Assembly: GCA_003208875.1 (NCBI GenBank)
Contig: QCUR01000006.1
Span: forward strand, 64,001-128,000
Direction of reading: 5' to 3'
DNA: 64,000 nucleotides
Source of the DNA: Prochlorococcus sp. AG-679-M23
Lineage (GTDB): Bacteria > Cyanobacteriota > Cyanobacteriia > PCC-6307 > Cyanobiaceae
Notes under the pieces: generated by a model
What the model was told of the DNA's origin: nothing
The model's database searches: none
Seen by the model: only the letters and a program-made list of their open reading frames with translations
Part shown: piece by piece, positions 43,890 through 54,340 of the stretch
How the letters are laid out: every line of letters begins with the position of its first letter
Position numbering within the stretch: position 1 is the stretch's first letter
Position numbers and translations under genes: made by a program

Positions 43890-45998
43890 TTGGAACTTCC
43901 ATTAGACCACTTTCGTTTAATAGGTGTAAGCCCCTCAGCAACATCTGAGGAGATATTAAGAGCTTTCCAATTGCGCTTGGATAAAACTCCTGATGAAGGA
44001 TTCACATACGAGGTTTTAACTCAAAGATCTGAATTGCTTCGCCTTACTGCAGATTTGCTTACAGATCCAGATAGTAGAAGAGATTACGAAAATTTATTAC
44101 TAAATGGAGCATCAGGTTTAGATTTATCTTCCAATAGAGAGGTTGCAGGATTAATTCTCCTTTGGGAATCTGGCTCTTCTAAAGAAGCCTTTAAAATAAC
44201 AAGAAAAGCATTGCAACCCCCTCAAACCCCTGCTTTGGGAAGCAGCAGAGAAGCTGATCTTACCTTGTTAGCTGCTTTGACATCTAGAGATGCTGCGATA
44301 CAAGAGCAAGATCAAAGATCTTACTCAAATGCTGCAGATTTTTTACAAGAAGGTATACAGCTTCTTCAAAGAATGGGCAAGCTAGCGGAATTTCGGAAAA
44401 CTCTTGAGGAGGACTTAGTGTCGCTTCTTCCTTATAGAATTCTTGATTTGTTAAGTAGAGATTTAAATGAATATGAGTCGCATAAAAAAGGTTTAAGTAT
44501 GCTGGAAAATTTAATAATCAAAAGGGGTGGATTAGAAGGGAAAAACAAATCTGAATATAATGATTATCTAAATCAGCAAGAATTTGAATCTTTTTTTCAA
44601 CAAATAAAGCCATTCTTGACTGTTCAAGATCAGATAGATTTATTTTTAGAATTACAAAAAAGAGGTTCAAGCGAGGCGGGATTTTTAGCGTTTTTATCCT
44701 TAACAGCAATTGGTTTTGTAAGAAGAAAACCTGCAAAACTGTTCGAGGCTCGAAAAATATTAAAAAAACTAAATATATCAGGACTTGACTCAATGCCATT
44801 AATAGGTTGCCTAGATTTGCTTTTGGCAGATGTTGAGCAATCATCAGCAAGGTTTTTAAGTAGTTCCGATGAGAAGTTAAGAGATTGGTTAAATAATTAT
44901 CCTGGAGAAAAATTAGAAGCAATATGTATTTTTTGTAAAAACTGGTTAGAAAATGATGTTTTGATTGGTTATAGGGATATTGACTTAAAAGAAGTCGATT
45001 TAGATTCTTGGTTTGATGATAGAGAAATCCAAGAATTTATTGAACAAATAGAAAAGAAGTCAAATAGAACTGTATTTAAGTCTGGGCCTCAAAATCAATC
45101 GAATTTTGAGGTTCAAGAATCTCCAAAAGATTTAAGTAAGGATCCTGATTTCAATTCAGATAATTTTGAAGAAGGCCGATTACCTTTGCCTGGAGGAGTA
45201 AAAGAAGATAATCAAGAAGTTATTGAAGAAAATATTTATACAGATGAGATTATTAAAAATAAATCAATAGAATTTTATAAGTACGCAATAGAAAAGATTG
45301 CCGAATTAAAATTTGTATTTGGAGAAGCGTTAGACAATTATAAAATATTTAATAAAACTCCCTACCTATCATATCTTTATGTGTTTTTGATTTTATTTGC
45401 TTTTGGTATAGGTGTGGGACTTTTAAGAAATAATTTAAAAAAACCTGCACAGGAAAAAGAAATAATTGATAGCTCATTATCGATAAATGAAAATAAGAAT
45501 GTCTTTAATGGAGTCTTAAACCAAGACGATAAAAAAAAAGTTCTCGATAAATCAAAAATTATTCTCCCAGAAAATATAGAAAAAACTTCTTTTTCAGGAG
45601 GAGAAATAACAACTGCTTCTCCCTCCTTAGAACAAATTGAAAATTTAATTAATACATGGCTTGTAAATAAAAGTAAATATCTAGCAGGAACAAGTGAATT
45701 TAATTTATCAGAGATAGTTCAAAATGATTTGATTAATAGATTAACGAAGGAAAGACAAATTGATATTCAAAAAGGTATCTACAAAAATATAAATACTAAT
45801 ATTGAAAACATTGTACTTTTAACTCAAACTGCATCCAGAATATCAGTATCAGTTGACTTGAAATATACAGAAAAAATTTTAAAAACAAATGGAGAATTGA
45901 TAAATGAAACAACTTTTACTCCTTTTTTGAAAGTTAAATATATTTTAGGTTTCTCAAATAACTCCTGGAAATTAGTTGACTATATAAGTGGTGTTTAG
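43890..45998 (+). CDS. ftn2: Cell division protein Ftn2/ARC6
   Basis: J-like N-terminus (PLDHFRLIGV), one TM, C-terminal IMS-type region. Confidence 0.85.
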   Translation: MELPLDHFRLIGVSPSATSEEILRAFQLRLDKTPDEGFTYEVLTQRSELLRLTADLLTDPDSRRDYENLLLNGASGLDLSSNREVAGLILLWESGSSKEAFKITRKALQPPQTPALGSSREADLTLLAALTSRDAAIQEQDQRSYSNAADFLQEGIQLLQRMGKLAEFRKTLEEDLVSLLPYRILDLLSRDLNEYESHKKGLSMLENLIIKRGGLEGKNKSEYNDYLNQQEFESFFQQIKPFLTVQDQIDLFLELQKRGSSEAGFLAFLSLTAIGFVRRKPAKLFEARKILKKLNISGLDSMPLIGCLDLLLADVEQSSARFLSSSDEKLRDWLNNYPGEKLEAICIFCKNWLENDVLIGYRDIDLKEVDLDSWFDDREIQEFIEQIEKKSNRTVFKSGPQNQSNFEVQESPKDLSKDPDFNSDNFEEGRLPLPGGVKEDNQEVIEENIYTDEIIKNKSIEFYKYAIEKIAELKFVFGEALDNYKIFNKTPYLSYLYVFLILFAFGIGVGLLRNNLKKPAQEKEIIDSSLSINENKNVFNGVLNQDDKKKVLDKSKIILPENIEKTSFSGGEITTASPSLEQIENLINTWLVNKSKYLAGTSEFNLSEIVQNDLINRLTKERQIDIQKGIYKNINTNIENIVLLTQTASRISVSVDLKYTEKILKTNGELINETTFTPFLKVKYILGFSNNSWKLVDYISGV

Positions 45999-46047
45999 GA
46001 TTAGCTATTACTATCATCTATAATATTTAAATAAATAATTATAAATA

Positions 46048-47652
46048 ATGTTTGATGAACTCTCTTCACGCTTTGAAGACGCCGTTAAGGGCTTAAGAGG
46101 TGAAGCCAAAATTAGCGAAAATAATATTGATGATTCTTTAAAGCAAGTTAAAAAAGCATTGTTAGATGCTGATGTTAGTTTATCGGTGGTTAAAGAATTT
46201 GTTTCAGAGGTAAAAGATAAAGCTATTGGAGAAGAAGTCGTAAGAGGTGTTAATCCCGGACAGAAATTTATAGAAGTAGTTAATAAAGAATTAATAAATA
46301 TTATGGGAAATGAAAATTCCCCATTAAACGAAAAAGAGACCCCACCTACTGTTATTTTGATGGCAGGTTTACAAGGTGCAGGAAAAACAACAGCAACAGG
46401 TAAGTTAGGCCTTTATTTGAAGGAAAAAGACAAAAAGGTTTTATTAGTGGCAGCTGATATTTATAGACCTGCAGCTGTTGAACAACTTAAGACAATTGGA
46501 AATCAGTATGATTTAGAAGTTTTCTCAGCGAAAGAAAAAGGTTGTAAGCCTGAAGAAATAGCAAAAGATGCTTTAATTTATGCTAACGCAAATAATGTAG
46601 ATACCTTAATTGTTGATACTGCTGGAAGATTGCAAATAGATGAATCAATGATGGGCGAAATGGTTCGAATAAAAGAGGTTACAAAGCCTGATGAAGTTTT
46701 ACTGGTTGTAGATTCTATGATTGGTCAAGAAGCAGCTGATTTGACAAAGTCATTTCATGAAAAAGTTGGCATAACAGGAGCAATATTAACAAAGCTGGAT
46801 GGCGACTCAAGAGGTGGAGCTGCTCTTTCAATAAGAAAAATAAGTGGAAAACCAATAAAATTTATTGGTACTGGTGAAAAAATAGAAGCATTACAGCCAT
46901 TCCATCCAGAGAGAATGGCAAGCAGAATTCTGGGTATGGGAGACGTCTTAACACTTGTTGAAAAGGCACAAAAAGAGGTTGAGTTAGCTGATGCAGAAGT
47001 AATGCAAAAGAAACTTCAAGAGGCAACTTTTGATTTTAATGATTTTGTTAAGCAAATGAGATTAATGAAGAGAATGGGATCTCTTGGAGGATTAATTAAA
47101 TTAATACCGGGGATGAATAAAATCGATGATGGAATGATAAAAAATGGGGAAGAACAACTAAAAAAAATTGAATCAATGATCTCTTCCATGACTTTAGAAG
47201 AGAAGCAAAAGCCAGAGGTACTTGCTGCTCAACCATCTAGAAGGCAAAGGATTGCACAAGGCAGTGGATATCAGGCTAAAGATGTAGATAAAGTACTTGC
47301 TGATTTTCAAAGAATGAGAGGTTTTATGAAACAAATGTCAAATGGCGGAATGCCAGGAATGGGCGGAATGCCAGGAATGGGCGGAATGCCAGGAATGGGC
47401 GGAATGCCAGGAATGGGCGGAATGCCAGGAATGGGCGGAATGCCAGGAATGGGCGGAATGCCAGGAATGGGCGGAATGCCAGGAATGGGCGGAATGCCAG
47501 GAATGGGCGGAATGCCAGGAATTGGCGGAATGCCAGGAATGGGCGGAATGCCAGGAATGGGCGGAATGCCAGGAATGGGTGGAGGGAATAGTAATAAATC
47601 ATTTAAAAAACAAAAATCAAATAAAAAGAAAAAAGGATTTGGGGATTTATAG
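46048..47652 (+). CDS. ffh: Signal recognition particle protein
   Basis: GLQGAGKTT, DTAGR, TKLDGD.RGGAALS, M-domain. Confidence 0.98.
   Translation: MFDELSSRFEDAVKGLRGEAKISENNIDDSLKQVKKALLDADVSLSVVKEFVSEVKDKAIGEEVVRGVNPGQKFIEVVNKELINIMGNENSPLNEKETPPTVILMAGLQGAGKTTATGKLGLYLKEKDKKVLLVAADIYRPAAVEQLKTIGNQYDLEVFSAKEKGCKPEEIAKDALIYANANNVDTLIVDTAGRLQIDESMMGEMVRIKEVTKPDEVLLVVDSMIGQEAADLTKSFHEKVGITGAILTKLDGDSRGGAALSIRKISGKPIKFIGTGEKIEALQPFHPERMASRILGMGDVLTLVEKAQKEVELADAEVMQKKLQEATFDFNDFVKQMRLMKRMGSLGGLIKLIPGMNKIDDGMIKNGEEQLKKIESMISSMTLEEKQKPEVLAAQPSRRQRIAQGSGYQAKDVDKVLADFQRMRGFMKQMSNGGMPGMGGMPGMGGMPGMGGMPGMGGMPGMGGMPGMGGMPGMGGMPGMGGMPGMGGMPGIGGMPGMGGMPGMGGMPGMGGGNSNKSFKKQKSNKKKKGFGDL
47344..47577 (+). 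repeat. In-frame tandem repeat, 13 x 18 bp (GGCGGAATGCCAGGAATG = GGMPGM)
   Basis: Counted directly; 12 copies identical, copy 10 ends in ATT instead of ATG. Confidence 0.95.
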
Positions 47653-47706
47653 TTTATAAATAGCTACCTTCAAATGATATTATTAATGAATCTGTACTAA
47701 TTTAAA

Positions 47707-48051
47707 ATGATTAAATTGCGCCTTAAGCGCTTTGGAAAGAAAAAAGAAGCAAGTTTCAGGATCGTTGCATGCAATAGTACTTCCAGAAGAGATGGTAGAC
47801 CTCTTCAAGAATTAGGTTTTTACAATCCAAGAACTAAAGAAACTAGGCTTGACACAGAAGCATTAAGAATCAGACTGACTCAGGGAGCACAACCTACTGA
47901 TGTTGTAAGAACTTTATTAGAAAAAGGTGGATTATTAGAAAAGAAAGTTAGACCTTCTATTGCTATTGGTAAGGCTAAATTGGAGAAAGAAAAGATTGAA
48001 AAGGCCAAGAGCAAAGAAACTGAAAACGATAGTAAAGAAGCTGAAAGCTAA
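47707..48051 (+). CDS. rpsP: 30S ribosomal protein S16
   Basis: [12 protein letters not shown]...RRDG...LGFYNP...GAQPT. Confidence 0.98.
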   Translation: MIKLRLKRFGKKKEASFRIVACNSTSRRDGRPLQELGFYNPRTKETRLDTEALRIRLTQGAQPTDVVRTLLEKGGLLEKKVRPSIAIGKAKLEKEKIEKAKSKETENDSKEAES

Positions 48052-48085
48052 AAAATTGTTGAATTCATTTTTACATATTAACTAA

Positions 48086-49042
48086 ATGAAAGAAGTTTCC
48101 AAAACTGGTCACTTCACAATAGATTTGCCAAGTTCAGATGCTGCTACAGCATTATCTGGTCCTGGAAATTCTTTTTTAAAAAAATTTGAATCCCTTACTG
48201 GTGTCTCCTTAACTATTAGGGGCCTACAACTTGAAATGAATGGAGTAATCCCTAATCTTGAAAGGGCATCTGCATTGGTAGAGCTAACAAGACCAATTTG
48301 GGAACAAGGATTAGAAGTCCCAGAAGTGGATCTTAAGGCTGCTCTAAGTTCATTAAATATGGGAGAATCTTCTTCTCATGCTGAGCTTGGAAAAAAGATT
48401 CTAGCCCGTTCAAAAGAAGGGAGATATTTAAGGCCTAGAACTATAAGACAAAAAGAATATGTTGAATCAATTGAGAACTTTGATTTAACTTTCGCTATTG
48501 GTCCAGCAGGTACGGGTAAAACATTTTTAGCGACGGTTTGTGCAGCCAGATTATTAAATGAGAAAAAAATCGAAAAAATTGTTTTAACAAGACCAGCTGT
48601 AGAAGCTGGTGAAAATTTAGGATTTCTGCCTGGAGATTTGCAGCAAAAAGTTGATCCATACTTACGCCCTTTGTTTGATTCTCTACATAGCATTTTTGGA
48701 ACCGACAAAACAAATTCATTAATTGATAAAGGCATTATTGAAGTCGCACCACTGGCATTTATGAGAGGAAGAACATTAGATAATTCTTTGGTTATTTTAG
48801 ATGAAGCTCAAAATACTACCACTTCTCAAATGAGAATGTTTTTAACTAGATTAGGGGAGAGATCAAAGATGGTCGTTAATGGTGATATTACCCAAATTGA
48901 TTTAAAAAATGAGCAGTTAAGTGGTTTGGTGGAAGCATCTAAAATTTTTTCTAATACCGAAGGAATAAAGTTTTGTTATTTAACTGTGGAAGATGTGGTT
49001 CGACACCCTTTAGTTCAGAAAATTATTGAGGCTTACAAATAA
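48086..49042 (+). CDS. phoH: PhoH-family ATPase
   Basis: GPAGTGKT, RPAVEAGE, MRGRT, DEAQN. Confidence 0.95.
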   Translation: MKEVSKTGHFTIDLPSSDAATALSGPGNSFLKKFESLTGVSLTIRGLQLEMNGVIPNLERASALVELTRPIWEQGLEVPEVDLKAALSSLNMGESSSHAELGKKILARSKEGRYLRPRTIRQKEYVESIENFDLTFAIGPAGTGKTFLATVCAARLLNEKKIEKIVLTRPAVEAGENLGFLPGDLQQKVDPYLRPLFDSLHSIFGTDKTNSLIDKGIIEVAPLAFMRGRTLDNSLVILDEAQNTTTSQMRMFLTRLGERSKMVVNGDITQIDLKNEQLSGLVEASKIFSNTEGIKFCYLTVEDVVRHPLVQKIIEAYK

Positions 49043-49115
49043 AATATTATTTGGGTGAACCGTACACTGAAATATAAAAAATTAGGTAGAATATGTTTAA
49101 TTAAAGGGTGTAAAA

Positions 49116-49853
49116 ATGCCAGCAAGCAGTAATTTTAATCAAGCTATTCGCGATGCTCAAACTAGTTCAATCGTTGGACCAAATGTAGTTCAGAAAGCTC
49201 TCCCTTACGTAGGTGGAGGGATGGTTTTAACTTCTTTAGGTGTATTAGCAGGTGTCTCACTAATAGCTACAAACCCTTCACTTTTTCAGCCTCTTTCTAT
49301 AGTTGCTTTAATAGCTGAATTGGTTTTATTTTTCGTAGCAACAAGTGCTGCTAATAATGCTAATAATGCAAAAGCGCTTCCTTTATTAACTGGATTTAGT
49401 TTATTAACAGGGTTTACGTTAAGTGGAATAGTAGCTTTGGCAATTGGAACAATTGGCATAGGATCTGTTGGAACAGCGGCACTGGCCACAGGTATTACTT
49501 TCGTAATAGCTTCTTATACGGGCCAAAGAATGAGTGATAGTGTTGGACAAGCCCTTAGCGGAGTAGTTGGACTTGGCTTAATTGGTTTGTTGATAGCAAT
49601 GTTTGTTCAACTAATCGGCGGATTCTTTGCTCCAGGAGTTTTTGGAAGTTCAGGTCTTGAACTAATGATTGCAGGATTTGGAACAGTTTTATTCGTAGCA
49701 ATGTCTTTCTTAGATTTTTATACAATGCCTAGAAGATATAATGATGAGCAATATCTAGCTGGAGCCTTAGGTATGTATTTAACCTACATTAATCTATTTG
49801 TATTTATTTTAAGATTGATGATTGCACTTCAAGGTGGTGGAAGAAGAAATTAA
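49116..49853 (+). CDS. Bax inhibitor-1/YccA family membrane protein
   Basis: About 7 TM segments with C-terminal ALGMYLTYINLF. Confidence 0.88.
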   Translation: MPASSNFNQAIRDAQTSSIVGPNVVQKALPYVGGGMVLTSLGVLAGVSLIATNPSLFQPLSIVALIAELVLFFVATSAANNANNAKALPLLTGFSLLTGFTLSGIVALAIGTIGIGSVGTAALATGITFVIASYTGQRMSDSVGQALSGVVGLGLIGLLIAMFVQLIGGFFAPGVFGSSGLELMIAGFGTVLFVAMSFLDFYTMPRRYNDEQYLAGALGMYLTYINLFVFILRLMIALQGGGRRN

Positions 49854-49883
49854 AAAAATATTTTAACTTAACTGATATACTTC

Positions 49884-49911
49884 AAAGCGTAGAACCATCT
49901 ACGCTTTTTTT
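49884..49911 (+). terminator. Rho-independent terminator (possibly bidirectional)
   Basis: AAAGCGTAGA-ACCA-TCTACGCTTT stem plus a T-run between convergent genes. Confidence 0.85.
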
Positions 49912-50437
49912 ATTGTGCAATATCGAGAATTTGTTGCTTTATAAATTCCTTTTGCTTATCATTATATTTTTTTGAATTATCGAAGCTATTTCCAAGATTG
50001 TCTAAATCATTCATAATTTGATTAATATTTTTTGTAACAGACTTCGTTTCCAAAACTCGCAAAATACTTTTACATCTCTCTGATATATTTTCCGAATTAG
50101 ATTTATATTCAAGATTATTGTCACTTTCATGAACAATTACTTGGGCAGAGCTCATAATTAGATTTTTAATTACTATTTCGACGACGTCATTTCCAGCCTC
50201 TTGAAGTTTGAAAACAAATGAGAACGGAAGCTTATCTAATAAATAACAATTTTGATCTGACAATGCATATGCAAAAAAACCTCTCAAACCATTTTTTGTT
50301 TTAATTAGTTCTGCGACTCTATCTGCCAAAACTTCTTCACTTAGAAGATCTTCTCCCCATTCTTTACACCATTGAGCAGATATATTTATTGCCTGAGTAA
50401 AAGAAGTTTCTTTTAAGTTTATAGCTTTTTTCATCAT
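49910..50437 (-). CDS. Conserved hypothetical protein
   Basis: SF.QAI..SAQW, LSEEVLADRV, G.RGFF segments; function unknown. Confidence 0.7.
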   Translation of the reverse strand: MMKKAINLKETSFTQAINISAQWCKEWGEDLLSEEVLADRVAELIKTKNGLRGFFAYALSDQNCYLLDKLPFSFVFKLQEAGNDVVEIVIKNLIMSSAQVIVHESDNNLEYKSNSENISERCKSILRVLETKSVTKNINQIMNDLDNLGNSFDNSKKYNDKQKEFIKQQILDIAQ

Positions 50438-50476
50438 TTTTGATCAGAATTTTATTATGGATATTTTAAAAGACTT

Positions 50477-51388
50477 TTGACTAATTATAAATCTGGTTTT
50501 GTAACTTTACTCGGAAGGCCAAATGTAGGGAAATCTACTTTAATAAATAAGTTAATTGGAGAGAAAATAACAATTACATCACCTGTGGCACAGACTACTA
50601 GAAATAAATTAAAAGGAATACTTACTACAAAATTTGGACAAATAATTTTTGTAGATACGCCTGGAGTTCATAAACCTCATCACCTTCTAGGCGAAATACT
50701 TGTAAAAAATGCCAAATCAGCAATAAATGGCGTAGATATAGTTGTTTTAGTTCTCGATTCAAGTGTTGAACCTGGGAGAGGAGATGAATACATAAAAGAT
50801 TTTTTAGTTGCAAATAAAACTGAATTTATTGTTGTATTGAATAAATGGGATTTAGTGAATAAGGAATTCAAGAGTCTAAGATTAGATCAATATAGAAAAG
50901 TTTTTGGAACTAATAAAAAATTTCAAATTGTAAGTGCATCCAAAGGAGATGGGTGCTCTGAATTGATTGATATAATTTTAAGTTTCCTTCCAATAGGACC
51001 AATGCTTTACGAGGAAGATGCAATATGCGATCAACCCCTAGATAATTTATTAGCGGATTTAGTAAGAGAGCAAGTATTAATCAATACAAGGGAAGAGGTT
51101 CCCCATAGTGTTGCAGTAAACATAGAAAAAATTAAGGAAATTAAAAGAAATAAGGGTAAAGATTTTACAGCTATTTTGGCTACAATTATCGTTGAAAGAA
51201 CGAGTCAAAAGGGAATCCTTATTGGTAAAAAAGGTTCGATGTTAAAGACTATTGGTCAGACTGCAAGATCAAATATGAAGAAGTTAATAAATGGTCCAGT
51301 TCACTTGGAGTTGTTTGTGAAAGTTGTTCCAAATTGGAGAAAAAAAGAATCAAAATTAATGGAGCTTGGTTATGAGGTGGATTATTAA
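50477..51388 (+). CDS. era: GTPase Era
   Basis: GRPNVGKST, QTTR, DTPG, NKWD, KH domain GILIGKKG. Confidence 0.97.
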   Translation: MTNYKSGFVTLLGRPNVGKSTLINKLIGEKITITSPVAQTTRNKLKGILTTKFGQIIFVDTPGVHKPHHLLGEILVKNAKSAINGVDIVVLVLDSSVEPGRGDEYIKDFLVANKTEFIVVLNKWDLVNKEFKSLRLDQYRKVFGTNKKFQIVSASKGDGCSELIDIILSFLPIGPMLYEEDAICDQPLDNLLADLVREQVLINTREEVPHSVAVNIEKIKEIKRNKGKDFTAILATIIVERTSQKGILIGKKGSMLKTIGQTARSNMKKLINGPVHLELFVKVVPNWRKKESKLMELGYEVDY

Positions 51389-52171
51389 ATGACTCGTTTC
51401 AATTTTGAAGTAATTACTTTGTTTCCCAAAGCTTTTGAATTAATCAATAATTTAGGAGTAATAACAAGAGCTTTAGAGAAAAATCTGATTAATGTCAACT
51501 TGCATGATTTAAGAGAATACGGAGAAGGTAATTATAGGCAAGTAGATGATAAGCCTTACGGGGGAGGTTCAGGGATGGTTTTAAAACCAGAACCGATCTA
51601 TAAGGCTCATGATTCAATAGACAAATTACCGAATAGTAAAACTCTTTTGATGACTCCACAAGGTAAAGTCCTGAAGCAGAAGGATCTTTTAAGATGGTCT
51701 TCTCTGGATCAATTGATAATTATCTGTGGGCAATACGAAGGTTTTGATGAAAGAGTTAGATGCCTGGCTGATGAAGAGATTTCTATAGGTGATTATGTAC
51801 TTTCAGGTGGCGAAATTCCCTCTATATCAATAATAAATGGCTTAACAAGATTATTACCAGGAACCTTAGGAGATCCAGGTTCGTTAAAAGATGAGAGTCA
51901 TAATTCTTCTTTATTAGAATATCCTCATTACACTAGACCTCTGATTTTCAAAGAAATGAGGGTACCAGATATTCTGGTTAGTGGTAATCATGCAGAGATT
52001 AAATTATGGCGCAAGCAAAAAATGTTAGAAAGGACCTTGGATAGAAGAAATGACTTGATTTCGAATGATGACTACAGAAAATTACCAAAAAGTAAGAGAA
52101 TAAATAGAGACTCAAATGAAATAATGAAATTTCGTATTGGTAATGAAAACGATATTTATCCGGATTGGTAG
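51389..52171 (+). CDS. trmD: tRNA (guanine-N1)-methyltransferase with a C-terminal tail
   Basis: [39 protein letters not shown]. Confidence 0.97.
   Translation: MTRFNFEVITLFPKAFELINNLGVITRALEKNLINVNLHDLREYGEGNYRQVDDKPYGGGSGMVLKPEPIYKAHDSIDKLPNSKTLLMTPQGKVLKQKDLLRWSSLDQLIIICGQYEGFDERVRCLADEEISIGDYVLSGGEIPSISIINGLTRLLPGTLGDPGSLKDESHNSSLLEYPHYTRPLIFKEMRVPDILVSGNHAEIKLWRKQKMLERTLDRRNDLISNDDYRKLPKSKRINRDSNEIMKFRIGNENDIYPDW
52127..52159 (+). repeat. Direct repeat copy 1 (relic ispF 5' end inside the trmD tail)
   Basis: 28/33 nt match to 53412-53444, with an identical 16-nt core TTTCGTATTGGTAATG. Confidence 0.85.
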
Positions 52172-52224
52172 TTATAAATTGTTTTTTGTATTAAAATTTA
52201 AGTTTTAAATAGTCTGCAAACTAA

Positions 52225-52489
52225 ATGATTTCAAACGAATTAGAAATTATAAATCACAATTACTTTTCAGATAATTCTGTAATTTCAAATGCAGTTGATT
52301 TTTTATTAGCATCAACAGGTTTTTAACAAAGATGAGTTAAAGATTGAACTTGATGAAATTAAAAGTGCAAAAGCATAGAGTCTTGTTAGCAAGAAACTAG
52401 ATAATCCTTTTTGGTTTTATATAAAAGATTTATTTAATCAGAAATTGATGATTTTTTATCTACCAAAGAACAATAAATTGTTGTACTAA
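52225..52489 (+). pseudogene. Possible decayed ORF remnant
   Basis: 33-codon ORF that could continue via a frameshift in a T-run and through one TAG; no family recognised. Confidence 0.25.
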
Positions 52490-52680
52490 TGGCTATTTGA
52501 ACATTAGTAATTTTAAAATAAAAGTTACACAATTAAAGGGTAAAGTTTTTTTAAAAAAGATACATTTTTCAATAATGAATGAAAACTGAACATCAAATAT
52601 TTGATTTTATTTGTGGTAAAATTGAAAACTGGATTTTGATATAATTATTTTATTAGATTTTGATACTGACTCTATAAGAA

Positions 52681-53379
52681 ATGAAGTTAAAGTTAAGTTC
52701 TATAATTTTTAAAATTAAAACTATTTTTAAGGTACTTTTACGACCTAATGGTAGGACAGATTTTTTAAGTAAGATTCCTTATGACTCATATATATTAGAT
52801 GTTGGTTGCGGTAATAACTCGCCATTTTATGTGAAATCTCTATTGCCAAATTCTTATTATGTAGGTGTTGATGTTTGTGATTATAATATTGGATCGGATT
52901 CAAAAAATGTTTCAAATGAATACATATTGTCAGATCCTAATGATTTTGTTGAGACTTTACAAAATATAGATAAAAAGTTTGACGCAGTTATTTCTTGTCA
53001 CAATTTAGAACATTGTAATGATAGGTCAGGTACGCTCAATCAAATGATTGAAAAATTAAATGATAATGGGAAAATTTACTTGTCTTTCCCATCAAAAGAA
53101 TCAATGAATTTCCCAAAAAGAGAAGGGACCTTAAATTATCATGATGACCCAACCCATTTGGATTTGCCTCCAGATTTTGAACTAATTATTGAAATGTTTA
53201 AAGATAAAGGATTAATGATTATTTATTCTCAAAGAAATTACAAACCTTTAATTCTTAATTTTATAGGTTTCTTTACAAATTTAATTTCTTTTTTTACGAA
53301 AAAAGTACATATAGGGTTATGGGAAAGGTGGGGATTTGAATCAATCATAATTGCAGAAAAATATCATGCTAAAGACTAA
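52681..53379 (+). CDS. Class I SAM-dependent methyltransferase
   Basis: ILDVGCG motif I, VGVD, FDAVIS.HNLEH, L..NGKI. Confidence 0.88.
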   Translation: MKLKLSSIIFKIKTIFKVLLRPNGRTDFLSKIPYDSYILDVGCGNNSPFYVKSLLPNSYYVGVDVCDYNIGSDSKNVSNEYILSDPNDFVETLQNIDKKFDAVISCHNLEHCNDRSGTLNQMIEKLNDNGKIYLSFPSKESMNFPKREGTLNYHDDPTHLDLPPDFELIIEMFKDKGLMIIYSQRNYKPLILNFIGFFTNLISFFTKKVHIGLWERWGFESIIIAEKYHAKD

Positions 53380-53396
53380 AGTTTAAGGTAACTATT

Positions 53397-53897
53397 ATGA
53401 ACTATTTTCCTAAGTTTCGTATTGGTAATGGATATGATATTCATAGATTAGTAGAGGGTAGAGACTTAATAATTGGAGGAGTTAAATTACAACATCCAAA
53501 TAATTTAGGACTTGATGGTCATAGTGACGCTGATGTTCTTAGTCACTCAATAATGGATGCATTATTAGGAGCTTTATCTCTTGGAGATATTGGAAAATAT
53601 TTCCCTCCATCTAATCAGAAATGGAAAAATGCTGATAGTTTATTTTTATTATCTAAAGTTATTGAATTAATTAGAAAGGAAGGTTGGGAAGTGAATAATA
53701 TTGATAGTGTTATCGTGGCTGAAAGACCAAAAATTAAACCTTTTGTGGAACTAATGAAGAAAAATATTTCAGATATCTTGCAAATCGAAGATAGTTTTAT
53801 TGGAATAAAGGCTACCACCAATGAGAAATTGGGACCGGAGGGTAGAGAGGAGGGGATCAGTTGTCACTCTGTAGTATTGCTTGAGAAAAAAGAATGA
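53397..53897 (+). CDS. ispF: 2-C-methyl-D-erythritol 2,4-cyclodiphosphate synthase
   Basis: [31 protein letters not shown]. Confidence 0.97.
   Translation: MNYFPKFRIGNGYDIHRLVEGRDLIIGGVKLQHPNNLGLDGHSDADVLSHSIMDALLGALSLGDIGKYFPPSNQKWKNADSLFLLSKVIELIRKEGWEVNNIDSVIVAERPKIKPFVELMKKNISDILQIEDSFIGIKATTNEKLGPEGREEGISCHSVVLLEKKE
53412..53444 (+). repeat. Direct repeat copy 2 (functional ispF 5' end)
   Basis: Matches 52127-52159 at 28/33 positions. Confidence 0.85.
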
Positions 53898-54340
53898 AAA
53901 TAAACTTCAAAATAAAAGAGAAAATAAAAAAACTTTCTTTTCTATTTATTTCTCTCTTCTTTTTTCTTTCTCAAATCAATACTCCAATCCTTAAAGCCTT
54001 ACCTATGGATAATTATCAAAGTGGACTTGTCACAGAAGAATTAAGACTCAAGATTCCTGCCGAGTTTAAAAAAATATGGCTTCAGGCTGAAAAAGAAGTT
54101 TGGGAGCCTTGGTTGTCTATTCAAGATGGATTTTTGGGGAGACAGATATTTTGGGATAAAGAAAAAGAAGAAGCTTTAATATTAGTAAATTGGGAAAGTA
54201 AAAAACTATGGAAAAGTATATCTATGATTCAAGTAAATGAGGTTCAAGAAAAATTCGAAGAAAATGTTAAAAAATCTTTGAACATTGATGTTAATCCATT
54301 TGAATTAATTTATGAAGGAGAGTTAATTAAACAAGGATGA
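53894..54340 (+). CDS. Conserved cyanobacterial protein (TIGR03792-like, ABM-type fold)
   Basis: Signal-like N-terminus; [19 protein letters not shown] motif. Confidence 0.7.
   Translation: MKINFKIKEKIKKLSFLFISLFFFLSQINTPILKALPMDNYQSGLVTEELRLKIPAEFKKIWLQAEKEVWEPWLSIQDGFLGRQIFWDKEKEEALILVNWESKKLWKSISMIQVNEVQEKFEENVKKSLNIDVNPFELIYEGELIKQG

Noticed and set aside
47344..47577. Possible CRISPR array
   Set aside because: The repeats are contiguous with no spacers, lie in frame within ffh, and no cas genes are present.
47324..47659. ORFs encoding (AECQEW)n and antisense (PFLAFR)n repeats
   Set aside because: Alternative frames of the 18-bp ffh repeat, which lacks stop codons; there is no independent sign of coding.
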